Assembly (NCBI GenBank): GCA_950097015.1
Contig: CATNEN010000029.1
Coordinates: 6,076,001-6,140,000 of the forward strand
DNA length: 64,000 nt
From: Macrostomum hystrix
Lineage: Eukaryota > Animalia > Platyhelminthes
Direction of reading: 5' to 3'
Each line of letters opens with the position of its first letter. The stretch's first letter is position 1. The translations under genes were made by a program, and so were the position numbers. Under the pieces are notes generated by a model. That model was not told the DNA's origin. It was given only the letters and a program-made list of their open reading frames with translations, and did no database searches. This document shows positions 1-13,194 of this stretch, in pieces.

Positions 1-177
1 ACCGACGGAACAAAAGGTGATGGAAATGACAAATTGTTAAAATACACAATGTGATGCAGCTATATTGGGACTATCAGGAATTAACATAAAATGCATAATT
101 ACTCATAATACGGCTGAAACGTAGTGTATTTTAACAACTGCTGACTATATATTCTACATGGTCCCGATTTAGACAGT

Positions 178-296
178 GGCAACGGCCATACCACGTTGAA
201 AACACCGGTTCTCGTCCGATCACCGAAGTTAAGCAACGTTGGGTTCGGTTAGTACTTGGATGGGTGACCGCCTGGGAATACCAAATGCTGTTGTCC
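178..296 (+). rRNA. 5S rRNA (single copy)
   Basis: 119-nt GGCAACGGCCATACCACGTTGAAAACACCGGTTCTCGTCCGATC...AGTACTTGGATGGGTGACCGCCTGGGAATACC...CTGTTGTCC matches the eukaryotic 5S consensus; the terminal helix pairs and a TTTTT Pol III terminator follows at 297-301. Confidence 0.95.
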
Positions 297-1569
297 TTTT
301 TGCTTTGAGTTGTTGTTTCCATCACTTTTTCTGTCGGCCGAAGCCTGCCACTAAATTTATATGTGGACTACACAAGTAAAAAGTTAGCATTCTAATTTTT
401 TACTTGTCCTTTGGTTACGTATCTTCTAGAAGAGCAGAACCGTCGCACCGAAAGGTTAAAAAAGTTTTTTTTCGAAACATATCGGTGTCTAAGGTTTCTG
501 AGTACAAATCGAACGAAATCGTTCCCATTGATTTCCAACACATAATCTCTCTCAGACTATGACTTAAAACTAAATGCACCAGTTAAACTCATAAGAATTT
601 TATCGCGAGAACTTGAACTAGGATCTTGCTGCAAAGTTATTTTAGAGAATTTGCAGATTTTTCTTTGCATTTGCTTTGATTTCTACTTACAGCAAATGTA
701 TTTAGAGGTAAATTCGTTTAGTTCTATTTCGGCCGATGGAAATAAAAAATGCTAAGCGTAGGCAACTGCTCACGAAAGACTGGATTAGAAAGCAATTAAA
801 AAATAGGCCAGATAAGGTACAATAGATAATTCGAAGTCTTTTTAGAGGTTGTGTCGCTAATCCAGTATATTACCAACCTTAACGTTTACATTACCAATAT
901 TTAATAGTGTACAGTACGAGCCAGAACAGCAAAAAACGGGAAAATGTTTAGGCCTGAACTGCTAGGGAATAAAATCAACCGAAATTAGCTAATAATAAAT
1001 ATGTCGTGACTACTCACATGCAAGTAGTATGATAAAATGAATCAATGCAAACTGGATAGTTTTTCAATCTAGGATACTTTGGCTTAAAATATATAAAAAG
1101 AAAAACAAGCGACTGATAGCAAAAAATATTTAGGACGTTTCGGAACAGAAAAAATACTAACTTGTCCGGTTAGATAAGCGCAAGTAATAGAAAAAAACAA
1201 TAGGTCGCGACACTATTAAAAAATCGAAAAAGTACTATACTAGACGCTGACCTTTCTCGGAATTAAGTAGTTTACAAGTAGTGGAAAACAAAAAGTTCTA
1301 GAAGATCAATCATAGTAACTGTAATACTATGAGTGGTGAATAAATTTCAAATTTTTAATTACGAAAAAAGCCCCCCGCAGAAGGCCTAATTTGTGTCTTT
1401 TTCTGAGCAAATCTAAGCGGAAGCCACGAAAATGCAGCCTGAATAAACTCAACAATTTGATTTTAGGCGCGAAAAGAATTCACTTTGGAATAAACAGCAC
1501 GATGCACCGAGCTTTAACTCCCGATAAATGTGACACAACAATGCAGTGCATTCTCGAACTGCCGCACTG

Positions 1570-2510
1570 AAGGGGACGATCTGGAGAATGGGACAAGGGG
1601 ACGATCTGGAGAATGGGACAAGGGGACGATCTGGAGAATGGGACAAGGGGACGATCTGGAAAATGGGACAAGGGGACGATCTGGAGAATGGGACAAGGGG
1701 ACGATCTGGAGAATGGGACAAGGGGACGATCTGGAGAATGGGACAAGGGGACGATCTGGAGAATGAGACAAGGGGACGATCTGGAGAATGAGACAAGGGG
1801 ACGATCTGGAGAATGGGACAAGGGGACGATCTGGAGAATGGGACAAGGAGACGATCTAGAGAATGGGACAAGGGGACGATCTAGAGAATGGGACAAGGGG
1901 ACGATCTAGAGAATGGGACAAGGGGACGATCTAGAGAATGGGACAAGGGGACGATCTAGAGAATGGGACAAGGGGACGATCTAGAGAATGCGACAAGGGG
2001 ACGATCTAGAGAATGGGACAAGGGGACGATCTAGAGAATTGGACAAGGGGACGATCTAGAGAATGGGACAAGGGGACGATCTAGAGAATGGGACAAGGGG
2101 GCGATCTAGAGAATGGGACAAGGGGACGATCTGGAGAATGAGACAAGGGGACGATCTAGAGAATGGGACAAGGGGACGATCTGGAGAATGGGACAAGGGG
2201 ACGATCTAGAGAATGGGACAAGGGGACGATCTAGAGAATGCGACAAGGGGACGATCTAGAGAATGGGACAAGGGGACGATCTAGACAATGGGACAAGGGG
2301 ACGATCTGGAGAATGGGACAAGGGGACGATCTGGAGAATGAGACAAGGGGACGATCTAGAGAATGGGACAAGGGGACGATCTAGAGAATGGGACAAGGGG
2401 ACGATCTGGAGAATGGGACAAGGGGACGATCTGGAGAATGGGACAAGGGGACGATCTGGAGAATGGGACAAGGGGACGATCTGAAGAATGGGACAAGGTT
2501 ACGATCTAGA
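1570..2510. repeat. 25-bp minisatellite (AAGGGGACGATCTGGAGAATGGGAC), ~37 copies
   Basis: Directly visible tandem array; ORFs called over it are repeat translations. Confidence 0.97.
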
Positions 2511-3122
2511 AGGAGGCCAAGGGAGGATCTAGAGAACAGGCATGAGAACGATCTGCTATAGAGAATAAGACAGGGAAAAATCTAGGGACTAGGACTATGT
2601 AAAAATAAGCCAACAGGAAATGTTCATTATTTGACGTCCGCTAACACAACCAGTTCTTAATGCAAACTTAACACTAGAACATCTAGTATTTCTTTCTAGC
2701 AATAAATCCAACAGAAAATATCAAAAAGAAGAATGAGACCTGAAGACACGTTACAAACTACAATTGCGAGTCAAATTTTGCAAAGGACAGATTTATATGA
2801 TAGCATTTACCAAACAGCTACATAATATAAGATAAATATATTCGCCAAAAGCGGAAAACACACTGCATTGAAATTACTTCGCGATAAAAAGCACTACATT
2901 CAATTTGGGGTACAAATTTTAGCTGCAACTATAACAAAAATCGGGAGTAGTACCAGATATATTACTATGCATGATCAGTAATATATTTTGTCTAACTGAA
3001 AACAAGCGAAACTTGAACAGATTCTCAACTCTAGAAGACTGGTAAAAAATTGATCAAGCGGACAAAAAATTTCTAGTTCAGTGTTGTTTGTGTCAGTAAA
3101 AAACCACCTAGCCAAGATCTGA

Positions 3123-6100
3123 TCAGATGGACTCACCGGAGATCACCTGCACCCAATTCACTGGAGGCGGCTGTTCAATAGCTTTGCGACTTTGAACGAG
3201 ACGAAGCTCGCGCACCGCCCAGCTTGCCTGCGGATGCTGCTGCTGACTACCACTCAATGATCCGCTGCTGCAGTGCCGACGAACCTTTATTAACAAGAAA
3301 TCATTATGAATGCTGAAACTTTCTGCTAGGAATTAAAAATGGAAACTTTCGCAATAAAAAAATAAAATTAAAATAAGAGAATTCCATCCTGAATATTTGA
3401 GAATTCCATCCTGAACATTTGAGAATCCCATTCTGAATATTTAGGAATTCCATCCTGAATATCTGAGAATTCCATCCTGAACATTTGAGAATCCCATTCT
3501 GAATATTTGAGAATCCCATCCTGAATATTTGAGAATTCCATCCTGAACATTTGAGAATCTCATTCTGAATATTTAAGAATTCCATCCTGAATATTTGAGA
3601 ATTCCATCCTGAACATTTGAGAATTCCATCCTGAACATTTGAGAATCTCATTCTGAATATTTAAGAATTCCATCCTGAATATTTGAGAATTCCATCCTGA
3701 ACATTTGAGAATCCCATTCTGAATATTTAAGAATTCCATCCTGAATATTTGAGAATCCCATTCTGAATATTTAAGAATTCCATCCTGAACATTTGAGAAT
3801 TCCATCCTGAATATTTAAGAATCCCATCCTGAATATTTGAGAATTCCATCCTGAACATTTGAGAATTCCATTCTGAATATTTAAGAATTCCATCCTGAAT
3901 ATTTGAGAATCCCATCCTGAATATTTAAGAATCCCATCCTGAACATTTGAGAATCCCATTCTGAATATTTAAGAATTCCATCCTGAATATTTGAGAATTC
4001 CATCCTGAACATTTGAGAATCCCATTCTGAATATTTAAGAATTCCATCCTGAACATTTGAGAATCCCATTCTGAATATTTAAGAATTCCATCCTGAACAT
4101 TTGAGAATTCCATCCTGAATATTTAAGAATTCCATCCTGAACATTTGAGAATCTCATTCTGAATATTTAAGAATTCCATCCTGAATATTTGAGAATTCCA
4201 TCCTGAACATTTGAGAATCCCATTCTGAATATTTAAGAATTCCATCCTGAACATTTGAGAATCCCATTCTGAATATTTAAGAATTCCATCCTGAACATTT
4301 GAGAATTCCATCCTGAATATTTAAGAATCCCATCCTGAATATTTGAGAATTCCATCCTGAACATTTGAGAATTCCATTCTGAATATTTAAGAATTCCATC
4401 CTGAATATTTGAGAATCCCATCCTGAATATTTAAGAATCCCATCCTGAACATTTGAGAATTCCATCCTGAATATTTAAGAATTCCATCCTGAACATTTGA
4501 GAATCCCATCCTGAATATTTAAGAATCCCATCCTGAACATTTGAGAATCCCATCCTGAATATTTAAGAATTCCATCCTGAATATTTGAGAATCCCATCCT
4601 GAATATTTAAGAATCCCATCCTGAACATTTGAGAATTCCATCCTGAATATTTAAGAATTCCATCCTGAATATTTGAGAATTCCGTCCTGAATATTTGAGA
4701 ATCCCATCCTGAATATTTAAGAATCCCATCCTGAACATTTGAGAATCCCATTCTGAATATTTAAGAATTCCATCTTGAACATTTGAGAATTCCATCCTGA
4801 ACATTTGAGAATTCCATCCTGAACATTTGAGAATTCCATCCTGAATATTTTAGAATTCCATCTTGAATATTTGAGAATTCCATCTTGAATATTTGAGAAT
4901 TCTATCCTGAATATTTGAGAATTTCATCCTGAACATTCGAGAATTCCATCCTGAACATTTGAGAATTCCATCTTGAACATTTGAGAATTCCATCCTGAAC
5001 ATTTGAGAATTCCATCCTGAATATTTTAGAATTCCATCCTGAACATTTGAGAATCCCATTCTGAATATTTAAGAATTCCATCCTGAATATTTGAGAATTC
5101 AATCCTGAAAATTTGAGAATTCCATCCTGAACATTTGAGAATTCCATCCTGAATATTTGAGAATTCCATCTTGAACATTTGAGAATTCCATCCTGAATAT
5201 TTGAGAATTCCATCCTGAATATTTGAGAATTCCATCCTGAACATTTGAGAATTCCATCCTGAATATTTAAGAATCCCATCCTGAACATTTGAGAATCCCA
5301 TTCTGAATATTTAAGAATTCCATCCTGAATATTTGAGAATTCCATCCTGAACATTTGAGAATTCCATCCTGACTATTTGAGAATTCCATCCTGAACATTT
5401 GAGAATTCCATCCTGAACATTTGAGAATTCCATCCTGAACATTTGAGAATTCCATCCTGAACATTTGAGAATTCCATCCTGAATATTTGAGAATTCCATC
5501 TTGAACATTTGAGAATTCTATCTTGAACATTCGAGAATTCTATCTTGAACATTCGAGAATTCTATCTTGAACATTCGAGAATTCCATCCTGAACATTTGA
5601 GAATCCCATCCTGAATATTTAAGAATCCCATCCTGAACATTTGAGAATCCCATTCTGAATATTTAAGAATTCCATCCTGAATATTTGAGAATTCCATCCT
5701 GAACATTTGAGAATCCCATTCTGAATATTTAAGAATTCCATCCTGAATATTTGAGAATCCCACCCTGAATATTTAAGAATTCCATCCTGAACATTTGAGA
5801 ATTCCATCCTGAACATTTGAAAATTCCATCCTGAACATTTGAGAATTCCATCCTGAATATTTAAGAATTCCATCCTGAACATTTGAGAATTCCATCCTGA
5901 ACATTTGAAAATTCCATCCTGAACATTTGAGAATTCCATCCTGAATATTTTAGAATTCCATCTTGAATATTTGAGAATTCTATCCTGAATATTTGAGAAT
6001 TTCATCTTGAACATTTGAGAATTCCATCCTGAACATTTGAGAATTCCATCCTGAATATTTTAGAATTCCATCTTGAACATTCGAGAATTCCATCCTGAAT

Positions 6101-8498
6101 AATTGAGAATCCCATCCTGAATATTTGAGAATCCCATCCTAAAATTTTGAGATTCAACACTGAAATTCACCTTAATATAGTCCACAGTGGCCAGTAGAAC
6201 CGCGTACACCGTTGACGTGACCTTCTCCAGCACCTGCTTCGGGTTGTTAGGCAGCGAGTGCTGCCAGGCCAGCAGAAGGGCGGTGAACAAGTCCCCAGTG
6301 CCGACGAAAGTCTCGGCTAGGCGCGGAATCTGAAAGCGCAGACGCTGGTAGCCACCGCCATCACGATTGCGCGTCACGGCCAGGCCCAGGGCGACAGACT
6401 TGGTGCCACCGAAATCGCTGCTAGTGAGGCAAACAAACTGCAGGTTCGGGTGGCAGCGCATTAGCGAGTCGATGGCGGCCAGGGCGGACGCTTCGTCGGT
6501 TACTGGCTGGCCGGAAAGGTGCCTGCGAGTTCAAGTGGGATTCGGACAGGTTTCAGTGGGATTCGGACAGAAGGTTTCAGTGGGATTCGGACAGAAGGTT
6601 TCAGTGGGATTCGGAAAGGTTTCAGTGGGATTCGGTCAGGTTTCAGTCCAGTGGGATTCGGACAGAAGGTTTCAGTGGGATTCGGTCAGAAGGTTCCAGT
6701 GGGATTCGGACAGAAGGCTTCAGTGGGATTCGGACAGAAGGTTTCAGTGGGATTCGGACAGAAGGTTCCAGTGGGATTCGGACAGAAGGTTTCAGTGGGA
6801 TTCGGACAGAAGGTTCCAGTGGGATTCGGACAGAAGGTTCCAGTGGGATTCGGACAGAAGGTTTCAGTGGGATTCGGACAGAAGATTCCAGTGGGATTCG
6901 GACCGAAGGTTTCAGTGGGATTCGGACAGAAGGTTCCAGTGGGATTTGGACAGAAGGTTCCAGTGGGATTCGGACAGAAGGTTCCAGTGGGATTCGGACA
7001 GAAGGTTTCAGTGGGATTCGGACAGAAGGTTCCAGTGGGATTCGGACAGGTTTCAGTGGGATTCGGACAGAAGGTTCCAGTGGGATTCGGTCAGAAGGTT
7101 CCAGTGGGATTCGGACAGAAGGCTTCAGTGGGATTCGGACAGAAGGTTTCAGTGGGATTCGGACAGAAGGTTTCAGTGGGATTCGGACAGAAGGTTTCAG
7201 TGGGATTCGGACAGAAGGTTTCAGTGGGATTCGGACAGAAGGTTTCAGTGGGATTCGGACAGAAGGTTTCAGTGGGATTCGGACAGAAGGTTCCAGTGGG
7301 ATTCGGACAGAAGGTTCCAGTGGGATTCGGACAGAAGGTTTCAGTGGGATTCGGACAGAAGGTTCCAGTGGGATTCTAAAAATCTAAAATCTAAAAATGG
7401 TTAAAATGACAAATAAAACTAGCTTACTGCAACTCGAACTGATTCGGGGTGAGAAAGTCGGCTAGATCCAAAGCTTCTTTAAATACGGGCACAATGTCCT
7501 CCGGTACGTACTGAAATTTCAGTCAGATACAGTTCGGCTATTTATATTTTAATTCAAGACTAAAGCCGATAGTAAGCACCTACAAATTTGCCATTGTCTC
7601 CAAGAACAGGATCGCAAACTGAAATTATGCAAATGCAGAAGTACATTGTGGCCTTTTCAATAATTAACATTGGTAAAAAGTTATTTAAGACCAGCTTCTC
7701 ACAGTACTGCAGCTTAGGGTTCCTATGTTTCTGTTCCCGGACAATGGCCAGAATCTCCTTCATCAGTTCGGCTGAGAAGCAGAAGCCTGACGAGTATTTT
7801 GACAAAAATTATTTTAGACATTATTTAGCATTTGAGACATGGTCAGCAGGTTAGAAAAGTTAGAGACACTGTAGGGTGCAATAGTCTGTGGGATATTAGT
7901 CTGTAGGATGTAACAGTCTTTGGGATATTTGTCTGTAGGGTGCAACAGTCTGGGATATTTGTCTATATGGTTGTATCAGTCTGTAGTAAACTAGTCTAAC
8001 TGATTGATATTATTAATTGGTGAAAAATACTTACCAGTTAAAATGTAGCTATAATTGTCTATTTTATTCTCAACCAGTGCACTGTACAACTCCTTCAGTT
8101 GATCAATGGACAAACGATTACCCTTGGTAATAGGATAAGCTGAAAGATTGGTAAATTAAACTCTAGTTACATTTTATAGACAATTTAAAAAAAATTGAAA
8201 AGCACACAATGACCAACATTGTTACCAGTGTGATTGGAGAACTGCACAGTGTTTATATAGTCCACATCAAAGCCAAGAACCTAAAAAAAATTAACAATAT
8301 TTTATGAAATGCTTTGTTTGCTACAAACTAATAGAGATGTTCTTATGTTTTCAGTCATAACATTCAAATATGTACATAACTGAAACAACAAAATATATAT
8401 AAAAAGGAAAAACTCACCTGCAAAGGAAATATAGCACTTTTATTTCCAGCAAAGCCATGAACAACGTGACTCTGGATTGAGAGAACCCTGGCATCCAT
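3123..8498 (-). CDS. PDXK: Pyridoxal kinase, 7 exons (8498-8418, 8280-8226, 8139-8035, 7786-7703, 7618-7584, 7510-7428, 6522-6171) plus terminal exon 3284-3123 (8 coding segments in total)
   Basis: Spliced translation [45 protein letters not shown]/...[18 protein letters not shown]...TPNQFELQ/...[15 protein letters not shown].../[16 protein letters not shown] follows the PDXK motifs in order; GT-AG junctions with consistent phases. Confidence 0.95.
3377..6150. repeat. 22-bp minisatellite (GAGAATTCCATCCTGAATATTT), ~125 copies, in the last PDXK intron
   Basis: Visible tandem array reaching to within ~20 bp of the donor at 6169-6170. Confidence 0.97.
6531..7377. repeat. 24-bp minisatellite (CAGTGGGATTCGGACAGAAGGTTT), ~35 copies, PDXK intron
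   Basis: Visible array abutting the acceptor at 6523-6524. Confidence 0.97.
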
Positions 8499-9908
8499 GC
8501 TGCACATGAGTATTGCTGCAAGGTATTAGATTTAGTAATTGCAATGCAAATTAGCACCAAAACAACTAGACCCTAATAACTATATAGAATGTCTGGTTAT
8601 ATGTGCTTATAAATTACTTTAACAAACCTTAAGTAATTCTAAATTGTAGAGAATAAATGCAAGAGTTTTTCTTAAAATAAAAATATTAGGCCTAGGCCTA
8701 CTATGAATATTTGTTGCATTCATTTTCATTTAATAGTATTAAGCTTCATTAACTACTGTAACTAAAAGGGCAAAAGTATATACTATAGTGCTAGACTAGT
8801 AAATGTGAGCAATATGTGGCAGTGGCCAGTGATAGATTGGTTTGAAGCTGTTAAAAGGTAGCCCTAAGTAAAGTAAAGTAAAAAATGGATTTATTAGGTC
8901 TAAATATATATTATATATCAATGGGTTTAAAAATTTATAACAAAGTGACCTAAGTCACACTAATGACTAAGTGTTCACATAAAAAGTGACCAAAAATCTT
9001 TATACAAAGCTATTTATCTTAAAAAATAATATTTGGTATTAATAATTTAGATAAATTATTTATATTGCAACATATTGCATTTAAAGGATGCATTGACAAT
9101 GCCTGAAATGCCAAATTCAATAAGCAAGCAAGCAAGATTTAGATTTTTAGTACAGGGCCGTATAGTCGATTCATTGTAAAAAGGCAGGTGTCATATGAGC
9201 CATAGGCGTTATCCTGACCATTGTTTAAGTGCGTCTTGTGTCACCTAGAGTAGATTAAAAATCAGTAAGATGACGAACTGTCCAGGAACCATTCTTTCTT
9301 GCTACATGTTTTTAACTTAAACTTGTCAACGTGCCTGGACTGGACAGAAGCTTTAAGTTTAAATGAAAAATTAAATGAAATGTTCGTAATTTAGACATAA
9401 TGTAGAAAATTGTTTTGTAGAAAACAATTATATAAATTATTTAAATTTTCTGTTTTCATAAATATGAATATCTTTAAGAACTAATAGAGCTAGTTAATTA
9501 TTCTGTTCAAATTACCATTGACTGTTATAATGATTTGTTATTGTACGTCTAAAAAAATTAAGTGCTCGAACACACTTGTCAGTGTCAGAGTAATTTTAAT
9601 GAATTAATAACATGAAGAAAAAACTGCCTTCCTTGGCATGAGGTCAACAAACAAGACAGAGTTAAACCCATACTATGTCTAGTATGGTTTAACACACACA
9701 CATGGTTTAACCAAGACCAAGTCCAAGACCATTGTTCATATATTAATTTTCAAGCTTTCATTATAATCGTGCGTGCGTTCTGATTTTTTAAACCTTTTAA
9801 ATCGGCTGGGCCCTACCCTACCGGCCCTTGAAATTGGCCCAGGAGTGATGGTCGAAAACCGCGAAACAGAGCGCGCTCCACCTGGCGGCCACCCCCCTTC
9901 GACCCGCG

Positions 9909-9973
9909 GGGCAATGTACGCAAAGGGCAATGTACGCAAAGGGCAATGTACGCAAAGGGCAATGTACGCAAAG
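9909..9973. repeat. 16-bp repeat (GGCAATGTACGCAAAG) x4 inside a GC-rich putative DNA-element fragment
   Basis: Four direct copies with period 16; the region ends in GGTTGCGCCACTG (CAGTGGCGCAACC on the - strand). Confidence 0.8.
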
Positions 9974-10875
9974 ACCGCCCCCCCCCTAAGGCAAAACCTG
10001 GTTGCGCCACTGAATCCGAAGCAGTAAAAAGAAGGCGATGAAGCCTTTCTTGAGGAACAAAATAGTGATTAAGTTGCAATTTCGTGGCTGCAGGAAGATC
10101 CTCATGGAGTGCAGACGCGGGCTACGCGCTGTCTACTAGGTATGCACACATGCAGCTGCTGTAGCTAACTAACTGCATGGGCTTATAGATCTACGCTGTC
10201 ATTTTAATGTTTCTTTTTTCTGTGATTCTGGTTCGAAAATATTTTTGCCCAAAAACTTTCGGGAAGCATTATCAGCCGTTGTGTCAATGGATCAGGGAAT
10301 GCGCGTTATCATAGTGCCTTAAAGCAAGCGTTAAATCAAATACGAGCGTATTATTATTTTCTGGAGGGACATTGCATTCTGCTGTAAATTTGTTGCGTTT
10401 ATTTTTTCTCGATGTTTTAACTAGTATAAGGTTGAGTTGTCGTGCAATTTGCCTTTCCTTTAAAAGTGCTATTTAAAGGTATCGACCTGCAATTAAATGT
10501 TCTCAATTGTAAGCTTTAAGATATGGCAAATTTTACGCGTTGTTGAATATTATGATGGTCAAAATAAGACAAAACGACATGATTTTTAAGCAGAGAAATT
10601 ATCATAAACTTCGTACGAGCGCAATTATTATTCAAAAGACGGTTTTAAACTATTTCAGCTCTAGCTATTTACACTTATATTGTAATTTTTCGCAAATCTT
10701 GCATTTTGGTAAACTTTTGAAAAATAAACTTTTTTATCGTGAAGTAACTATAATCTAGCTCAAAGTCAGAACAAGTGTCATGAAGAGTTAATGAAAGTCT
10801 ATAACTGTAGTTTTAACGACCAGCAAGTCAGTTTCATGCCGCAGAGGTCACACGCGCCAGCTTCTTGATGAAAGG

Positions 10876-11600
10876 CTACTGGCCGCCATTTCTGCTCTGC
10901 TGGACAGCCTCGTCGACGCGATAAGCCTGTCGGCTTTTCCACAGCGCGTCCGGTAGAGTAGTACCGTTCATGTACTCCATGGTGCGCTGGGAGGGGCACT
11001 GCTGAACCCGGTGCAATGGGCCGCAGGTGCTGCAGAAGTACCGCTTGCACTGCATGCCGCTAGAGGTTGTGTAGAACAGACTCTTCGGGGGTCCGTAGAA
11101 TTCCAATTGAGCTGCGGGATTGGATAGAAGTCCCCCAGGAGAATTATTTGTACATTAAGTTACTGACAGCAGCCCCAGTGATTTAATTAAGCGAACCGTT
11201 AAAAACTAACGACATGCTAATATTAGGGTATTTTTTATGAGTATATAGTGCACAAAATATTCGACATACTCGTATATATAAACATGGTTGTTGAAAAAAT
11301 TCCCTTTTGAGCATGACTCAAAACTTAGCTAAGAGCATAACTAGACTGTTCATGCGATTATATGATAGAAAGATGAAATACTCACGGTCCTCCACAAAAC
11401 CTGTGTAAGGTTCGGTGTCCCTTCCAGTCTTCTTGGCCATTTCTTGACTGGAGTAAAAAATGAAATGGGCTTTATCCGATTGTTGATGCAAACGAAACTT
11501 CCCTGCACTAAAACTGATTAAAAACTTCTCAAACTTATTGCTTTGAAAGGAGCTCATACGTTTCAAACGGTGCTGCTTCGCGCTTGTTGCCAATAGCAAC
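10876..11600 (-). CDS. Small multi-exon gene, possibly GFA/CENP-V (Mss4-like) fold; supported exons 11447-11386 and 11111-10876, upstream exon(s) uncertain
   Basis: Two exons with strong GT-AG sites join in phase to give QEMAKKTGRDTEPYTGFVEDPQLEFYGPPKSLFYTTSSGMQCKRYFCSTCGPLH...YMNGTTLPD; the Y-x-SS-x-R-x-FCxxCG...N-x-TL pattern recalls the GFA family. Confidence 0.45.
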
Positions 11601-13194
11601 TAGCCTAAGCCGGGGCAGACTTATTTGGGCAGAGAGTATTGTGATGAGGAGAAGCCAATGTGTGCACACTGCTTTTACATTACATTCCAACACAGTGTAC
11701 ACTGCCCCTATAGGAGCTGGCATTGTGCATCTACGACTCACCGGCATTCTTTCTAGCTCCTCTTTCTCTACCTATCTAAATGGCCGTGAGTATTATATGA
11801 ATACCATGGCTCTGAAATACTCAGCCTTGCCTGTCTTACAGTCCAATACTAGCACTTCTAATACCATAAATCATCAAGTGTACAAGCGTATTAGCACATT
11901 TAAATCAATTTTTTCTATCCAATGCATTACACGACTCACACGAATCATCTTAAAGATTTTTTTCATCTTACAGACTACCCTTCTCAAATTTAGTTACAGA
12001 AACAGTTCGTCTTGGACCAGGCGCACCAGGAGTAAAACAAAACAGTTAGAAGACAACTTAATGTTACGAAGCATTACATTTACATTTGGGTTTTTGAATC
12101 GATTCATGACTCATATAGCTATTCAATAAAATAGCGGCAGATACGACCTGCCTTTTATTTTTCGCTTGCAAGAATAAGAATTGTAGACTAATGACTAACA
12201 GCCTAATAGCAAATAGTTTTTAGTTGTTGACAGCTGCACTAAAAATAAAAATATCTAAGTGCACTTTGAAACTTTAGAGTAACTTAACTGCGTATGCGCT
12301 CGTATGGATCGTGATATGCGAGCATATATTAGTGTGTTTATACTTAGTTTGCCATTGAGCTATACACCCTGAAAGCTGCTGAAGAAGCGCTGCCTATGCA
12401 ATTAGCTAGCTGTATTATTGATCTCAGCTCGTGCTCTTAGCGGGATTCCAGTAGCCTGGACGTCTAGCTATAGGGGTGCAGCAGTAGTGACTTCAGGCTA
12501 GCTTTCTTAACAACTGCAGCATGCTGCGCTGCAGCAGACTGTCCTCGTATAGCTTAGTATAGGCTCAGAGCTGCGAGGCAAGCACAACAACTTACGGCTA
12601 TGCTGGTCAAGGAAAAGAGTAGTCTGCTTTTCCCAGAGCCAGTTTGAGGTGCTCAATCCTAGAGTCGCCGCGAAGTGGCTTAGCCTGGTGGACATGAAGA
12701 CTGTCATAGATCCCAGTCTACAGAACAGTCGGAAACAGAAATGCTGGTATCGGCAGCCATGCATGCAGCGCTTCGCAGGGTCCTCTCGATTCATACTCAC
12801 TTCTCCGCGCCAGGCCATGCCGCCTTCGTGAGCTGTCCAGTGAGACTACACAAAACAGCAAACAGTTTGAATAATCGGCAAGCAGTCAGAACAGGTTTTA
12901 TCCAGCAGTTGAAGGACTCAGTCAGCACTATCGAGCGGGCATGCTGCAGCAGCGTGCTGTGCTAAATGGCACCAACCAGCATATTTCTTGCAGATTCGTT
13001 TCCCTCTGGCTCTATGACGGCTTAATCCATATATATTCATATATTCCTGTCAGACAGTGCAGCGACTCTGCGTGTTCTCTGTCGCAACTTGACTGTTGCT
13101 ATCCAGGAGCGGTTAAAGATCATTCAGTAGTTCCAAGAGCCTAAGTTGAAGACAAGCAAGTGCTGCTAGGACAGGCAGAAGGCAGGCAAACAGG

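Noticed and set aside
131-325. 64-aa ORF on the - strand
   Set aside because: Antisense translation of the 5S rRNA gene.
1449-6014. Many repetitive ORFs (SHSPDRPL..., MEFSNIQDG...)
   Set aside because: Translations of the 25-bp and 22-bp minisatellites; open in several frames with no domain content.
6367-7404. 345-aa and 286-aa + strand ORFs (FQWDSDRR / VSVGFGQK repeats)
   Set aside because: Stop-free frames of a 24-bp array inside a PDXK intron on the opposite strand.
11584-13144. Assorted 60-181 aa ORFs at 11.6-13.1 kb
   Set aside because: No recognisable motifs or consistent frame; may be an old transposon remnant but I cannot support a call.
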